This document shows, piece after piece, positions 24,901-39,873 of a DNA stretch of 64,000 bases. Both the position numbers and the translations under genes were made by a program. Under the pieces are notes generated by a model. That model was not told the DNA's origin. It saw nothing but the letters and a program-made list of their open reading frames with translations, and searched no databases. The stretch is from Sphaerodactylus townsendi (taxonomy: Eukaryota), in contig NC_059426.1 in NCBI RefSeq assembly GCF_021028975.2, positions 74,152,001 through 74,216,000 on the forward strand. Direction: 5' to 3'. Each line of letters opens with the position of its first letter. Within the stretch, counting starts at the first letter, position 1.

Positions 24901-27900
24901 TTATAGGTAAAGATTTTTCATTTTCTTTTTTTCCCTTGAAATTTATATTGGAAAGAGAGGACTTTAAACTACTCTTTTAGATTAAGGATTCTGGATCTCC
25001 CCCTCTGTTAGTTTTCTTTCAAGTGGAATAGATAAAGTAGTTATAGGAATCTGAAGGGGAAGTAGAAAGTCGGGAGGGAGGGAAATATGGGAAGGAGGGA
25101 GGCAATATAGGATGTTTTAGTTGGGGGGGGTTGAGAGAGATAGACAATTAGATATGTTTGTAATATGTTAACAATTGTAAACAGTTTTTGGTTTCTCTCC
25201 TTACTTATGTTATTATTTAAAATCAATCAATATAATTATATAAAAAGAAAAAAATACACTACCTTTTGGTATATTGCTTTTTTAATACTTTAAACAGTCA
25301 TTATTTGAATCTAGAGGCGGGGCGAAGGGGAACTGCACCTGGGGCGTGCACACCCTGCGTCCTTGCCACAGCCCCGCCCAGGAATGCCCCCGCTTCCGGA
25401 ATGCCTGACCACGCCCCTGTCGTGCCCCACCCTGCCCCATTGGCGCTACGCCACTGTTTGAATTCCACCACCATCAGAACCTGTTGCTAAAATTTTTGAA
25501 TCCCACCACTGCACATATCAATTTTGTATTAGAATGTTGGTTGATTTTTGAGGATGTCTATGTTCTTTTAAACTATTTTCTTGTTTCTTGGAGTCTGATC
25601 AATGCTCAACAAAAAAAGGACCCTCTGTGTCCTTACTGCTGCTAAGACTTATACTAAAACATCTTTATACATAATTGGCTAAGGGTTCGAATGTCCAATG
25701 ACAAACCTTTAGGCAATTAGTGTGCAGGGTGCACAGGTACAAAACCCTGCATGTCCTGTACTCCAATTGGCCATTGCCTCCTGCAAAATGGCTGCTCCAT
25801 GGTCCTGCCCCCCTCCCACCCCCAAGCACAACAAATTGCAGAAGGCCCAGCAAAAGCCATCTCCACCCCATTCCACACATACACCCCCAAGCCACACCAG
25901 GCCCAGCAGACCCAGCAAATAGCTTCGTCATCCCAACATTTGATTCCCCATGCCCACAGAGCAGCAGCCCCTTGGCTTCCAGAAGCCCTCCCGCCTCCCC
26001 AATCATCCAGGCTGGCTCACCCACCAACCTCCTTGGCCTCTCCCACCCCAAACTGCCTGGTGGGCAAACAAGTTATCCTGCCCTTCCCCCCACCACCAGC
26101 AAGCCTCCCTTGCCCACAGAACTTGTGATCCATGGGCAAACAAGTCCTCCTGCTTCTCCCACCACCAATCCTCACGGGCCCCAAGCAAGCCCTCCTCCAT
26201 TCCTCGCAATCCTCCCTGATTCCAAACAAGCCCTCCCTGCCTCTCCCAACCCCCAGCAATCCTCTCTGGCCCCCAACAAGCCCTCCCTGACCTCCCACAC
26301 CCACACCAACTACCACAGCTCCAAACAAGCCCTCCCCACCCACAGCAACCACCCCCCTGCCAGACCTTGCCCACCCCCCGCAAAGACAAGGCGGACTGGT
26401 GGGTCAGCAGCAAATTGCCTCCAGCTGCTCTGATAAGCCTGCCACCAGCCTTCCCATTCCTCTGCCTGGCTACACCCCCACTAAAATCCATTGTGGGGGG
26501 GAGATGCTTCATCTTCAACCATCTGCTAGGGCCCATTGCATCTCCCCCATAATGGGCTTTGATGCAAATTGGAAAGATAAACGCCCATCTCTGGTAAAAC
26601 AATGGATTGAGGACCTTAGAATTCTATCACTATTTGAACGCATGGCATACAGACAGCAATTGTGTATGGAGTTGTTTCTAGTGATTTGGAAACTATTTAT
26701 AGAAACTTACGTCTAGAGCTACCACCACGGTTATTATATTTTTGTCTTTGTGATTATTTTAAGTTTTTTCCTTAGTTTTCCCCTATTTTTTGAAGGAAAT
26801 AAAAAGAGAAACGGGACCAAGTTAGCCCTTTTGACAATCAAGAAGCCCAAAGAAGTAACCACTTTCACCCATCCCCACAGGCCTTCACTCACAATTCCTC
26901 CCTAGCTCAGTCAACCTGTTTTTTATTGTAAAGAAGAAGAGGGGGCATGGGAAGAGGATTGCTAGCTCCCACTGGTCACCAGCAGGGGGATGGAGGAGTA
27001 CAGTTACCAAATCCAGGTTGCAAAACTTCTGAAGGTTTGGGGACAGGGTTAGATCTACGATTTTTTTTTGGAAGGGAAGCAAAACTATACAATGACATAC
27101 CCGTATATTATGTATATTCACATTTTTCTTGATGTACACCTATATAAACAACTCTTTTGAATGATAGAATAAATTATGCTGACTTCTATGAACTGTTACT
27201 GAATAATTTCACTTTTATATTACTTTTATCAACCAATATATGTTTGTATATTCCCTCAACCTCTCTGCACACATGAAAACCCGACCTTAGGAGAAACATT
27301 TTCGGCCTTGCCTCTTCCCAGACATTTTTTAAAAATAGAGCACACATAATTTTGATGCGGAAAACACCAAACGCACCACACACTCCATCACAGCCTGATA
27401 AACTATACAGCCCAAGAAAAGCTTTATCTGGCAAATTATACTGCCAAAAAGGCTAAACTGCCGCTCCTGTACTTTAGTCACTGGAAAAGACAATAATGCC
27501 AGGAAATGTTGAAGACAGTAGAAAAAGAGGAAGACCCACCATGAGATGGATAGACTAACAGCCACAGGTTCTGCCTTACCAAGGGCAGTGATTTCCCTCT
27601 GAGGCCCAGGGTCTCCCGCTCCTTTCTCCACATCTCCTAGCAGCAACCTATTCTCTTTTCCACCAAAAGATCTAAGTATGATTGTTTATTCATCCGCCAC
27701 CTCTTCCTGTACTTTACTTGTAGTGGAATGTTCTGCAGGGCCTAAGTGCCTGCCTTGTTCTGTCCCTCACCCCATTTGAATGAAAAAATAAAAAATACAT
27801 TTTTAAAAAAAACTTGCCCCTAGGTGTTTGAAGATTAGCCCAGGAAGAGGCATACAAAGTTACATTTCATTTTTCCCGTTCTCCCCCACTCACACCTCAG

Positions 27901-30900
27901 AGTTCTTGCTTTCCTTTTCGTTGTGCCCACCCCTTTGCATCAGCTTCAGGAGCTTCCATGCTGCCACCCCCACCCCCCCATTTGCAAAACGCTCCCAGAA
28001 GTGCCCTCTGCTTGCAGCTCATCCGATGGCCAGTTCAGTGGAAAAAGGAGATGAATAAAGTTTGGTTTTCCTAGTGATCCCATGCATGTGTTGCTGTTTT
28101 GTTTTAAGGGAAGTGTCTTTGTAGCTTCAACAGCTATTTGGAGGGCAGGTATACCTCCTGTTAAGAAGTAATGAGGAGGCAAGGTCTACCAATCACTTGC
28201 AACCACAGATCTAGCAACAAAGGACAGTAATGGGTTTTAATTGTGGGTAGACCTGCCCTCCAAATGGCTATGCTTCTCAAATGGTGTTGTAGCTACAGAG
28301 ACATCTACCTCAAAAGAAAAAAGAAAAAACACATGCAAGGGATCACCAGGAAAGACAAACTTTATTCATCTACGTTTTACATTAAAATGGCCATCAGATG
28401 AGCAGCAAGCATAGGAAACTCCATTCAATTTGAAATGACAGCAAGAAGAGTTCTCTGCAGAGTTTGGAAAGCCTGCTCCTGCTCCGTACTCCATTTTTAA
28501 ACAGAAAGGGATGGCTGTGTTTGAAAAAGGCAAGTTTCAGCAAAAGTTGTTCCAGGTACCCTCCCAGTTCCCCTCCCCCTCCCACAACCCTCAAAAGCCA
28601 ACCCCACCTGGTGGAACAATGGCGCCTTGGTGCCTGCTGTTCTGCCAACCTGCCAAAACCTCCTGGTTCCCACTGCCAACAGACCAACCCAGCCTGTGGA
28701 GCGTCAGTACCTTGATGCCCGCTGCTCTGCTGGCACACCAACACCCTCCCAGTTGTCACCCACCCCAAGCCTCCCCATTCTACCCTCCCCACACAAAGCC
28801 TCATCATTCAATCCCCCATCCCAAATCTCACCTTTTCACCCTCCTCCCACCCCAAGCCACTCCTTTCCACCCACCCTACACCCCAAGCCACACTTTCCAC
28901 TCTTCCCTCACTCTCAAGCTATAGACTCAGGGCCAGATAGGTGGGAAGCATCGCACTGGGAGGACAGGTGTGAGACTGCTACAGCCCCAGTAAAGCCCAT
29001 TATGAGGAGAAATGCTTGCTCACATCCCCTTTTCCAGGGTCCATTGCATCTCCTCCTGCAAGGGGCTTTTCTGCTAGTTAGAATATGTTGCCAAATAATG
29101 TACCAAAAGAGTATAATGAATCATTTATCCATATGAGGACAACAGCTGGAATTGTATTTGGAACAAATTGGAAAGAAGACCACTACCCAGATTTTCTGGA
29201 ATGGATAGAATACTCAGTAACGGCAAAGCTGGCATCTTTGGTGCACAGAGTATGACAGAAAATGGAAAGCCTTGGACAATTATATAAACTAATGACTTGC
29301 ATAATTAGAGATTATAAGGACTATAAGGACAAATAAGTAAGCCTGTATTTTAATTTCTTCAGTCTTTCTTAAAAATTATTATTGGAATTTAAGATGTTAT
29401 GAAATCAGGTGATACAGAATATGCAAAATTCACAGTGATTGCTATGTTTGATTTTAATTTCAGATAAAAAAATAAATGCAAAAAGTTTACTCAGCATGAA
29501 GCTAGTGAAGTGGAATTTATATGCAGATTAGATACTTCCAATCGTCCTGTAACTGCCTTGCTGTTTACCTAAAATAATTGCTCTTTCTCTGGGTGAATCC
29601 CCACTGAGAAATTAAATCTAGATACAACCAGGTTTCAAAAGAAACGGCACCATCGATCTCTATCACGCTTTCAAACAGTGCAGCAATCCCCACAGTGCAG
29701 CAATCAAACAGTGCAGCAATCCGCACGTGATTGAACGTGCAATCTGCTCAGCGGCTCTTCCTTCCTCGTCCTGATTGGCTGTTGCGCTGTGCTGGGGCAG
29801 GAATTGTGTTGGTTTTTTTGCACAGCCATGTCATCATGTGCATGCGTAGATAGGACGGTAGCTGTTTTTCGCGCTAAGCTAAGTTTATGCGCAGCTTTGG
29901 TACTCTATACCCATGCTGCCGTGCTGGCACAAAGTCTAATTTTACTTTACAGTTGGCACAGAAATCACGTTCCACACAGCCCCATTTCCACATAGCCTCT
30001 GCCAGTGCAAAACAAAAAAGGGCTGTGTGCACTTCACGCACAGCCCACCGCACTCTGATTGGCTGGAAGGCTCCACGTCACTCCCCATGGTGGGAAAAAC
30101 AAATCTGGATTCAAACCCTGATTTTCCCCATCAATCTGGATTGGACACATGTTTTTTTAAAAGGTGCACTTCCATGCAGGTTCTGAAAAAATACGTGATA
30201 AGGGGGAGAGGGAGCGCCAGAACCGGGATGAATCTGTGTTCGGTGATCAGCCAGTGGGGAGATCTTCCTGAAACCACGTTTTTTGCCATGAGCATCATGT
30301 GTTATATTGACTGTAAGGATTCTGCTGTATTCAAATTGCTTCGTCAGTTTATTAGAATTTGGAAGTGAAGATCCATATATATTCTAATAAGATGATTTAC
30401 CTTTTGTCTGAATTCTTTTTTCAAACAGGCTGCGTATACATGTATCTAGAACTAGAAATATAACAATGTAACAAAATTTCATTTATTGCGTTTATATTGC
30501 CTGCTTTTCTTCCACAGTGGAACATAAGGCATCTTAAACAGGACTCTCAGAATGATGCAGGCACTGATCAAACCTAATTGGTCTTTGCAAAGTTACTGCA
30601 TCATTTGCCATTCAGCCATATACTTTAACATTTCATGTATCTAATGAAATGGCCTCTGGCTCAGAGAAACCTCTGCTACAGTACATGTACCGTGTATAAA
30701 CTTTGTATAAAATCTGTACATTTATAAATTTTGACATTTTGTAAGGGACATTCCCTCTCTCCACACCACCTGCTTCCCCACACCCAAGAAGGATAGGAAG
30801 TGAATCAGCTCAAAATATAATGAAGACTGGTATACAAAGCTGACACCTCTCCATGTAAACCATTAGAGGAGTGGAGTTTAAAGACATATTTATGGGTCAG

Positions 30901-33900
30901 TGTGTACTCTCCTGCACAATATAATGTTTTTTAAAATGGAATATGGAGCCAGTAGGAGGAGAATTTTATGATGTTCTGGAGCTATGCTAAGTTTATTTGT
31001 TTATTTGACCTGCTTACATTCTACCTTCTGATTAAAACTTTACCCTCAGGCTGCTGATATAATGTTAAAATAGCTACAATAAAATGGCACTAACCTCACC
31101 CACAATAATTAAGGATACTTGGACACCTACAACACACACCTTGCCCTCTGGTTATAATCAGGAAGCCATCTGCTCAAATCTGCTTTTGTCCATGAGAGGC
31201 TCAGCTCTGTTTGTTGGGCCTACCCCTTCCTCCCGCATCTTTCCCTAGAGTCTCACCGCCAACACTGCCACTCTGCAAGGCCATCTGTGCCCACTCTCCT
31301 GCACAATACAGTCATCACCACTGCCACCACTAAGCACCACTTCCCATGCCTCCATGTCACCATTTGGCAGCTGCTCAACAGTGACCTTGGTGAGGCAGGG
31401 AGATCCAAGGCTTGGCTGCCAGGCAGACACTGCTGCCAAACACTAAGTACTAGCCTATCAAACCTGCCAATTTGTGAGTTCTCTAATAGTAATGAAGCAT
31501 CTCTGGTATCTAATTTTGAACCATGGCATGAAATGTGGATTAATAAATACATATTAAAAGTCCATGGCAAACAAGGGGCATGTTTCTATAGACCAAGGTT
31601 GCAGAAAAATACAAAATGTTTTTTAAAAAAAATAAATGGGAGCAAGTTACAATTTCTACAAAACAGAGAATGTTGACTGAGATTCCATGAAATATCACAA
31701 GAACAAAGAACCCACTATAGGGCTGCCTAGCAGCCAAGGCACCAGAACTTCAGTTTATGCAATCCCAGCAGCACTAGCTGGGATGGGAATATGACAGAAT
31801 GAGTAGGGCACAGAAACGAAAGAGCTAGGAAGGCAGATACAGAGTGTAGAAAATGGTGTGTGTGTGTGTGTGGCGGCGGGGGTGGTGGTGGTGGAGAATG
31901 AAGAAAAAAGTTTGGATAAAACAAGTGCTAGAGAAGGAGAGGGAAATGGTGGGTGGGGTTAGAGAAAGCCTGGAAAGTGTGCGTGCGTGCGTTGGAGAAA
32001 GAATGAGAGACAGAGTTCAAAATGGTAAACAGAGCTTTTTCAAAAGTGGACAGCAGAAGAACCATAATGTAGTGGTTTCTGGTCCATAAAGGTCATGAGT
32101 CCTACATTGTGGTAAAAAGTCATGCCAGTGCCAGTAAGAGGTTAAATTAATATCTGGATAGGCTGCAGGACAGAGTGCCTTTTTTATGTAGAATGCCTGC
32201 ATCTCCCATTAAAAGGATGGGTAGTAGGTGATGAGAAAGTCTTCTGTCTGAGACCTTGGACAGCTGCTGCCTGCCAGGAAAAACAGTCTTGATCTTGATA
32301 AACCAGTGGTCTGGCTCAAGGTAAGTAGAGAGCAATTCCTGAACCTCACCTCAGTCATAATATGTTGTTTGAAATGTTGCTTAGAAAGACAGGTGAATTC
32401 CATAGAGAAAGCTCTACGTAGCACTACACTGATTCTTAGGGCTTTGAAAAGCAATCTGGCTCTGATTATATCATTCACATTTGAACATTTACCTGAGCAG
32501 TTGCAAATGTCAGCGTACTGAAAATAAAAGGCACCCAGGAAGTTCCAAAATAGTAGATAATCATCCAGGCAGCAATGTCCAACAGAATGATGTGAAGAAA
32601 CATGAGGCCAAAGAAGAGATAATTGGAATTCATGAGTCCCATCTTCTTGACAGTAACACAGAGATCACGAAAATCCTTTAATAGCAACTCCTGTGGGAGG
32701 AATCAACTGTGAAACTTTTTTCTGGACACATGTAATAATAAAAACATTCAGTATCAAAATGTTTTAAATCCATATATTTCCATATACAGAGGGTTGCTGT
32801 GGGAGCGCATGTTCGTTGTATGGGAGGTGTACTGTGGGGTGCCATAGGGTTTAGTATTATCCCTGGTATTGTTTAATCTTTATATGAAGTGGTTGTTGTG
32901 GGTTTTCCAGGCTGTGTGGCCATGGTCTGGTGGTTTTACCTCCTAACGTTTCACCTGCATCTATGGCTGGCATTTTCAGAGGCATGTCACTGTAAGGGTT
33001 TCTCTCCATGGTAGAATGATTTGTATGGTAGGTCTCTGTTTTGTCTTCCTCTCAGGCGAGATGGAGTGTGGCACATTTGCAAGAGTCCAGGTGAAATTCA
33101 TTTGCAAGTGCATTTGTATGTGTTCTGGTAGTTTGAATGTGTGTGACTCATCTCAGAAACTGGAGTGGGGTGGTGGGGGGGAAGGCAGGTGTTTCTAGTA
33201 TCTATGGATTGTTGAATGGTGTTTGAAAAGTCTGGTTTTTGGATTTGGTGTTGTGGGAAAAACCCCAACAGCCAGTTGATTTCAACCATGAAATCATTTA
33301 ACAATACCTTGCATGAAGTCCTTGGGAGAAATCATCCATAGATTTGGTATGGGGTTTCATCTATATGGTGGTGACACCCAGCTTTACGTTTCAGTGGCTA
33401 AACTATCAGAAGCAACCATTTTCATCCAGGGACAGTTTGTGATAGCCATAGTTAAGCAGCTATGGGTGAATCAGAATTTTGGTAGGACTAAGGTGAGACT
33501 GGCGTGTAACGTTGAAATTTTGAAGGTATATTATCATCAGTTTTACAGGGCTCAATTATTTTTCTCTGAAAATAGTTGAGGACTTGGAAGTCATGTTGGA
33601 ACCTGCTCTGTTATTAGAAAAATCAAGCGAGTGCTATTGTGAAAAGTACCTTCTAACTTCAATTTCTATGGAGGCTGGCTTCCCACATTGACTCAGCTGA
33701 CCCAGCCATTCTGATCCATGCCATAATAACCTTAGGATGATACTGTACCATTCTTTACATGGGATTATTCTTGAAGTCAATTTGTAAACTCCAGTTGGTT
33801 CACAATGCACTGATACATTTACAAGAGGAAGCAAAGAACATTGCTCATATTATACCTGTGCCTCCAGACATTTCTTTGGTTGCCTATTAGTTACTGAAGG

Positions 33901-36900
33901 CAACTAAAGGTATTGGTTGTTACCTTTTCATTGCAGTCTTATCCTTTGTCTACTCAGAATTAAGTCCCTCTATGTTTAATGATGGATGGATATAATTGCA
34001 TCCTTAAAGTTTTTCTTGGCAGTAGTACACATATCTAGAGGACAACTTTTCCTGTTACATTTTCCCCCTGTACTAGAACAAGCGCTGCTAAAATCCCTTC
34101 CTGAAAACAGGGGAGCCTCCCACAGCAGCCATGATAGCCAGATCCCTACCAAGCATCTCCCTAAATGTGGCTATGGGAGCAGGCTCACCTGTTACCTCCT
34201 TCCATACCACTGCCAGTCAGGTTAAAGTCAGAGCTCTGGGCCCAGCCAGCGGCCAAATGTAAGGAGGCTTATTTCTGTTGTAACTAATACCTAAGTCTAA
34301 GCAGTAGGCACCGGCCTCTTTCACACCACCACCATCATCACCTACATCCAAGGCAAGAAACCTTTGCATAAGCCACTGACCAGTGACAAGATGCACAGGC
34401 TCACCTGTCACCTTCTTTCCCTTCTGCCATCAGCCAGGAATGTGCCAAATTACCTAGAACCCACTTGATGCCAGCATGAGAGGACAAAAAGGCAAGCCTA
34501 TGTCCATCATTGCTGCCACTGGTTGAGATTGAGTGACCATCCACAGTAATGGTCCAGCAGGTACCAATCTGCCTCTATTCTGGGCCTAGAATCTGTAAGG
34601 ACCATAAATCTTGAATTACAGATGTACCTTTGAGGTTATGAAATGAGACAATTACTTGGTATATCCAACAGAATCATAAAATCATAGGATTGGAAGAGAC
34701 CACAAGGGCCATCAAGTTCAACCCCTTGCCATGTAGGAATATCCAATCAAAGCACTCCCGACAGATGGCCATCCAGCCTCCTTCTTGAATCGTGGTGCCC
34801 AGAACAGAACACAATATTCCAGGTGAGGTCTGACCAACCCAGAATACAGTGGTACTATTACTTCCCTTGATCTATACTCCTATACTCCTATTGATGAAGC
34901 CTAGAATCACATTGGCTTTCTTAGCTGCTGCATCACTCTGTTGAATCATGTTCAGCTTGTGGTCTATTAAGACTCCCAGATCCCTTTCACATGTACTATT
35001 GTCAAGCCAGGTATTGCCCAGCTTATATTTGTGCATTTCATTTTTTTTCTGCCTAAGTTTCTCCCTGTTGAAATGCATTTTGCTAGTTTTGGCCAGCTAT
35101 CTAATCTGCCACAGTCATTTTTAATTCCGATATGTCATCTGGGATACTAGCTACCCCTCCTAATTTGGTGTCATCTGAAAATTTGATTAACATGCCCTCT
35201 ATTCTATCATCTAAATATTGAATAGCACTGAGCCCAGGACACAACCCTGCGGCACCCCACTAGCCAATTCTCTCCAGGATGAAGATGAACCATTGGTGAG
35301 CACCCTTTGGGCTCCATCAGTCAACCAATTACAAATCCACCTAACAGTAGCATTGTCTAGTCCATATTTTAATATCTTTTTGACAAAGAGATCAAAACAC
35401 ATCATAAACACAGCCTTTGAGACACTCACATTTTTGCTGGGCTCACAACAAGGTTGATCTGATGCAAGTTCTCCAATCAGCAATGAGTTCAAGTATTTCT
35501 TCACCAAAGTTTCATCCTTGTGAAAAGCTGTGAAGGCATCCTGGGAAGCGCAATTGAAATGAAACATGAGAGAAAGAGAAAAAAAGCATGCCAGAAATAT
35601 TTCTCAATGAACAATCAGGAAAGCTATTTTATAATGTCAGCAACAAAGACATTATCAAGTAAGGAGTGTTGTGTGCCCTGACCTGGATAGGTAGGTAGGT
35701 AGGTAGGTAGTCAGTCAGCCACCCACCATGCTACCTTTTATCTGCCTGTCGTCTTCAGCTATATTTATTATTTATTTACTTCATTTATACCCCACCTTTT
35801 CTATTAGGGGGACCAAAGTGGCTTACATTATTATCCTGTCCTCCTTTTTACACACATTAACCCTGCAAAGTAAGGTAGGCTGAAAATATATAAAAGATCC
35901 AAAATCATTTAGTGAGTTTTCACAGCAAGATAAGATTTCAAACCTGGATTCCCCAGACCCTACTCTGGCTTTCATAGTATGATTGCTGTTGAACTGTAGC
36001 AAGCACCCAGGCCTAGTTGAATCACATAAATTGGGCAGTATCAAGTCACCCAGGTATTGCTTCGAGGTCTGGAGTTGCCAGCCCCCAGGCAAGGACATAG
36101 GTATAGATTTTTATGGGGGGGGGTTCGGGTGGGGCCACGCCCCCCACCCACCAAGCCCCACCCCAGTCTTGGTACTTATAAAAGCAGCTCTCCAAGGCCA
36201 GGGACAGCAGATTCCCCTGCCCTGCCCTGCCCTGCCCTGCCCTCCCCCACCCCCCATCAGCTGGGCTCTCAGCAGGCAGCCAGCAGCCCCTTCTGCCCTC
36301 CCCTCTGGGCAGAGGTGTAGCTAGAGAAAATGGAGCCCAGTGCAAAATCTGAGTTTTGCACACACACCCCATGGGCGGCCGCTGTGATGCTGGAATCCAC
36401 CCCCAAACAGCATTGCTTTCAATGGTGTTTCAACTAAAGAGCCCAAATTATCCTTTTAAATCCACCTTAAAGGGAGAATCTGGGGTCCCCAGTTAAAACA
36501 ACATTGAAAGTAATGCTGTTTTGGGGTGGATTCTTCCCCACCCTGGAACAGCATCACTTTCAATGTTTAAACTGGGGACCTCAGATTCTCCCTTTAAATC
36601 CATGCCGAAGGGGATGGATTTAAAAAGAGAATCTGGGGAAACTTGAGGGATGCCTGCTGTCAGGGGTGCAATTGTTAAGATAGCAGCACCAAACTTTCAG
36701 TGTATCTTTAGGAGACTCTCCTAATGATACCACCCAGGTTTGGTGAAGTTTGATTCAGGGGGTCCAAAGTTATAGACTCTCCAAGGTGTAGCCCCATCTT
36801 CTATTAGCTTCCATGGGAAACAATGGGGGATGAGGCACCCCCTTGGGGAGCCCATAACTTTGGTCCCGCTTAACCAGTCCATCATCTAAGGCAGCCATTT

Positions 36901-39814
36901 TCTTCATGGGAACTGATCTGTGTACACTGGAGATTAATAGTAATTCTATGAGATCTCTAGGCCCTACCTGGAGGATGGCAGTCCTACACTGAATTTTGCC
37001 CTTTGTCCCAACAAATTAGGATCTGCAAGACTCAACATAGTTTGATGTCTGAGGAAGTGAAAAAATGGCATCTTAAATACACACTGGTAGTAAAAATATA
37101 AATGAAATGTTTGACAATTTGCTGCCTTTCAACAGTACAACAAATTCTAATAACCTTACGTGGTTCCCAGGGCTAGGTCAAGAAACANNNNNNNNNNNNN
37201 NNNNNNNNNNNNNNNNNNNNNNNNNNNNNNNNNNNNNNNNNNNNNNNNNNNNNNNNNNNNNNNNNNNNNNNNNNNNNNNNNNNNNNNNNNNNNNNNNNNN
37301 NNNNNNNNNNNNNNNNNNNNNNNNNNNNNNNNNNNNNNNNNNNNNNNNNNNNNNNNNNNNNNNNNNNNNNTTATATCCCCCCTTTCTCTCCTGTAAAGTG
37401 ACTCAAAGAGGCTGACAATCTCCTTTCCCTTCCCACCCACCCCCCCAACAACAAACAACCTGTGAGCCAGGTGGGGCTGAGAGAGCTCAGAAGAACTGTG
37501 ACTAGCCCAAGGTCACCAAGCTGGAGTGCACAGGCTAATCTGAATTCCCCAGATAAGCCTCCACAGCTCAAGCAGCAGAGCAGGGAATCAAACCCAGTTC
37601 TAACAGATTCGAGTACACCTGCTCTTAACCACTATGCCACTGCTGCGTAGTGGTAACTCTTTCCAAACTCATATGATATCTCTTTCCAAACGCATATCTT
37701 CACCTACATAGCATGTGATCATAATATTATGCATTACAAGTACCAAACTGGAAGGCAATATCTCCACATAATTATAAGGTACACACCAATTGTTCTTATA
37801 CATGACAAATAATAAAATTATCCAAATATAAATTCAACTACGGTTGAGCTATGATCACCAAACCAGTAACTGAAAAAGTTTTTACACCCCTAAGCCTGGT
37901 GGTGTGAGCAATCCAAAGTGGGATGGGAGGCAAAACTCAAATATAGTCACGATGGAGGAGGAGCGTGGCAAGATGGCAGCTATGTTATGGGTCATCTCAG
38001 TTAGCATATGAAAGTATGTAGCTGGGGCCAGCAGCAACTGTGTAAATGGTCAAGCCCACTGTGGCTTGAATTCTATGTTCATGCGGGACACTGTAGGACA
38101 GAGTGGCAAACCTTTGGCACTCCAGATGTTATGGACTACAATTCCCATCAGCCCCTGCCAGCATGGCCAATTGACCATGCTAGCAGGGGCTGATGGGAAT
38201 TGTAGTCCATAACATCTGGAGTGCCAAAGGTTCGCCACCACGGCTGTAGGATATTCAGCAACCATTTACCTCCATGGAGCCATTTTCTGGTTCAGCTACT
38301 GTCTTGAATCTCTCTCCAGCACAGATGTGGCCAGGAAGTACATTTATAAAATTTTAATGAGGTAGAGACTAAAGCCCATGGTGTTACTATTGCAAGAAGA
38401 GATTGCATAGAAGTGTAGCTCCTGATACCGTATTACTGCCAGTCCCATCTGTGACCTGAAGACATAAGTTAGATGACAGGCCCCAGCAACTGTTCAGACT
38501 ATATAAGCCTTTACAACTGTTCAGACTATATAAGCCTGTACAACTGGGGCAAAAATCCTCCCACACATAGCTGTAGTAGGTGTGTGTACACATGCACCCT
38601 GAAAGTCAAACTCCAGCCCTAAATCTGCTACTCCCCATTTCAGATACTTCATAATGGGGCCAGCTTTGCAGCGTGACTCAAACTGCATAACTCAGCGTGA
38701 CTCAAACTGCATAAATCAGAACTAATTGTGCAAAGGAGCTAATTTTTTCAGGTTTGCCATATTGCCAAGAATCTAAACTCTTTTACAAAGTTTTACTTAC
38801 TAAATTTGTTAGGAATTATTTTGAATATCTCATGCTCACCGTTTCAGCCCCCAAATCCTCATTTAAATTTGTGCCTCCCTTATCCAAAGCAAATTTGTGA
38901 TTCCCTGTTTTATTTTTCCTCACATTAAGTTTACATTTTCTCACACTGATTGCTATCCCAAAAAGGTACAATTTTTCAACATCAGTGTGTCAATCAGAAT
39001 TATACATTATGCTATCATATGTGAATACATTACATATCATATATATTGCATGTAAAACCCATATGTGTGCACAATACAAATTAATTTGTAAAACTAACAT
39101 CAAAAAGAGAACATCAGAAACCAGTGACAGATTTATAATATATATGGAGAGAGACATTAAACAGGGAATATTCTCTTATCCCTAATCACATTAAAGAAAT
39201 ACAGTTTCATATTTAAGAATGTGACTGAATCCTTAATCTCAAAAATGTACACCAAGAACTGCAGAAATAAAATGTCAAGTATCCACATATGGCAGATATG
39301 AGCAAACCTTAGCACATCTGACAAGATCCTAAATCAAGGGAATGTGTGAATGGGGTATTAAAAAAAATTTCTCCTATTTCTGTGGTCTCAGCAAACACTG
39401 GGAAAAACAATGGTTTGTTTGTTTAAATAAACCTAACTGGGATCCTTTCCAGAAATCGCATGAATTAGAATATGATTTTATAAGCAAGTTGAAAGAGAAG
39501 GGGACCTGATTTGATCATAAAATCTGTTGTAATCATCTCTATTGCTTACCTTGCAAAAATACTTCAGCTAAATCATACATAATCCTGTCTCTATCCCAGA
39601 TGTGTGTGATTGCAGTATGGTCACTTTTGCTCCTCTGCACAGACCCATTATCAATACTTTCTCATCTATTTTCTTGAAAATCAGGTACCCATGCTCTAAG
39701 TCATTTTGGAAAGTCCCTTGTACTTGCTGCTTTCACATGAAAGATCAGGCCAAATTGAGATATCTCCATCTTCCCCATGTCTATGGAATTCATTTTCTAC
39801 TGGTATCCCATGGA

Positions 39815-39873
<59 letters not shown>

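Noticed and set aside
25720-26602. 237-aa Pro-rich ORF and 199-aa antisense ORF
   Set aside because: Product of the low-complexity C-rich interior of a repeat.
37107-37458. ORFs spanning the N run
   Set aside because: Artefacts of the assembly gap.
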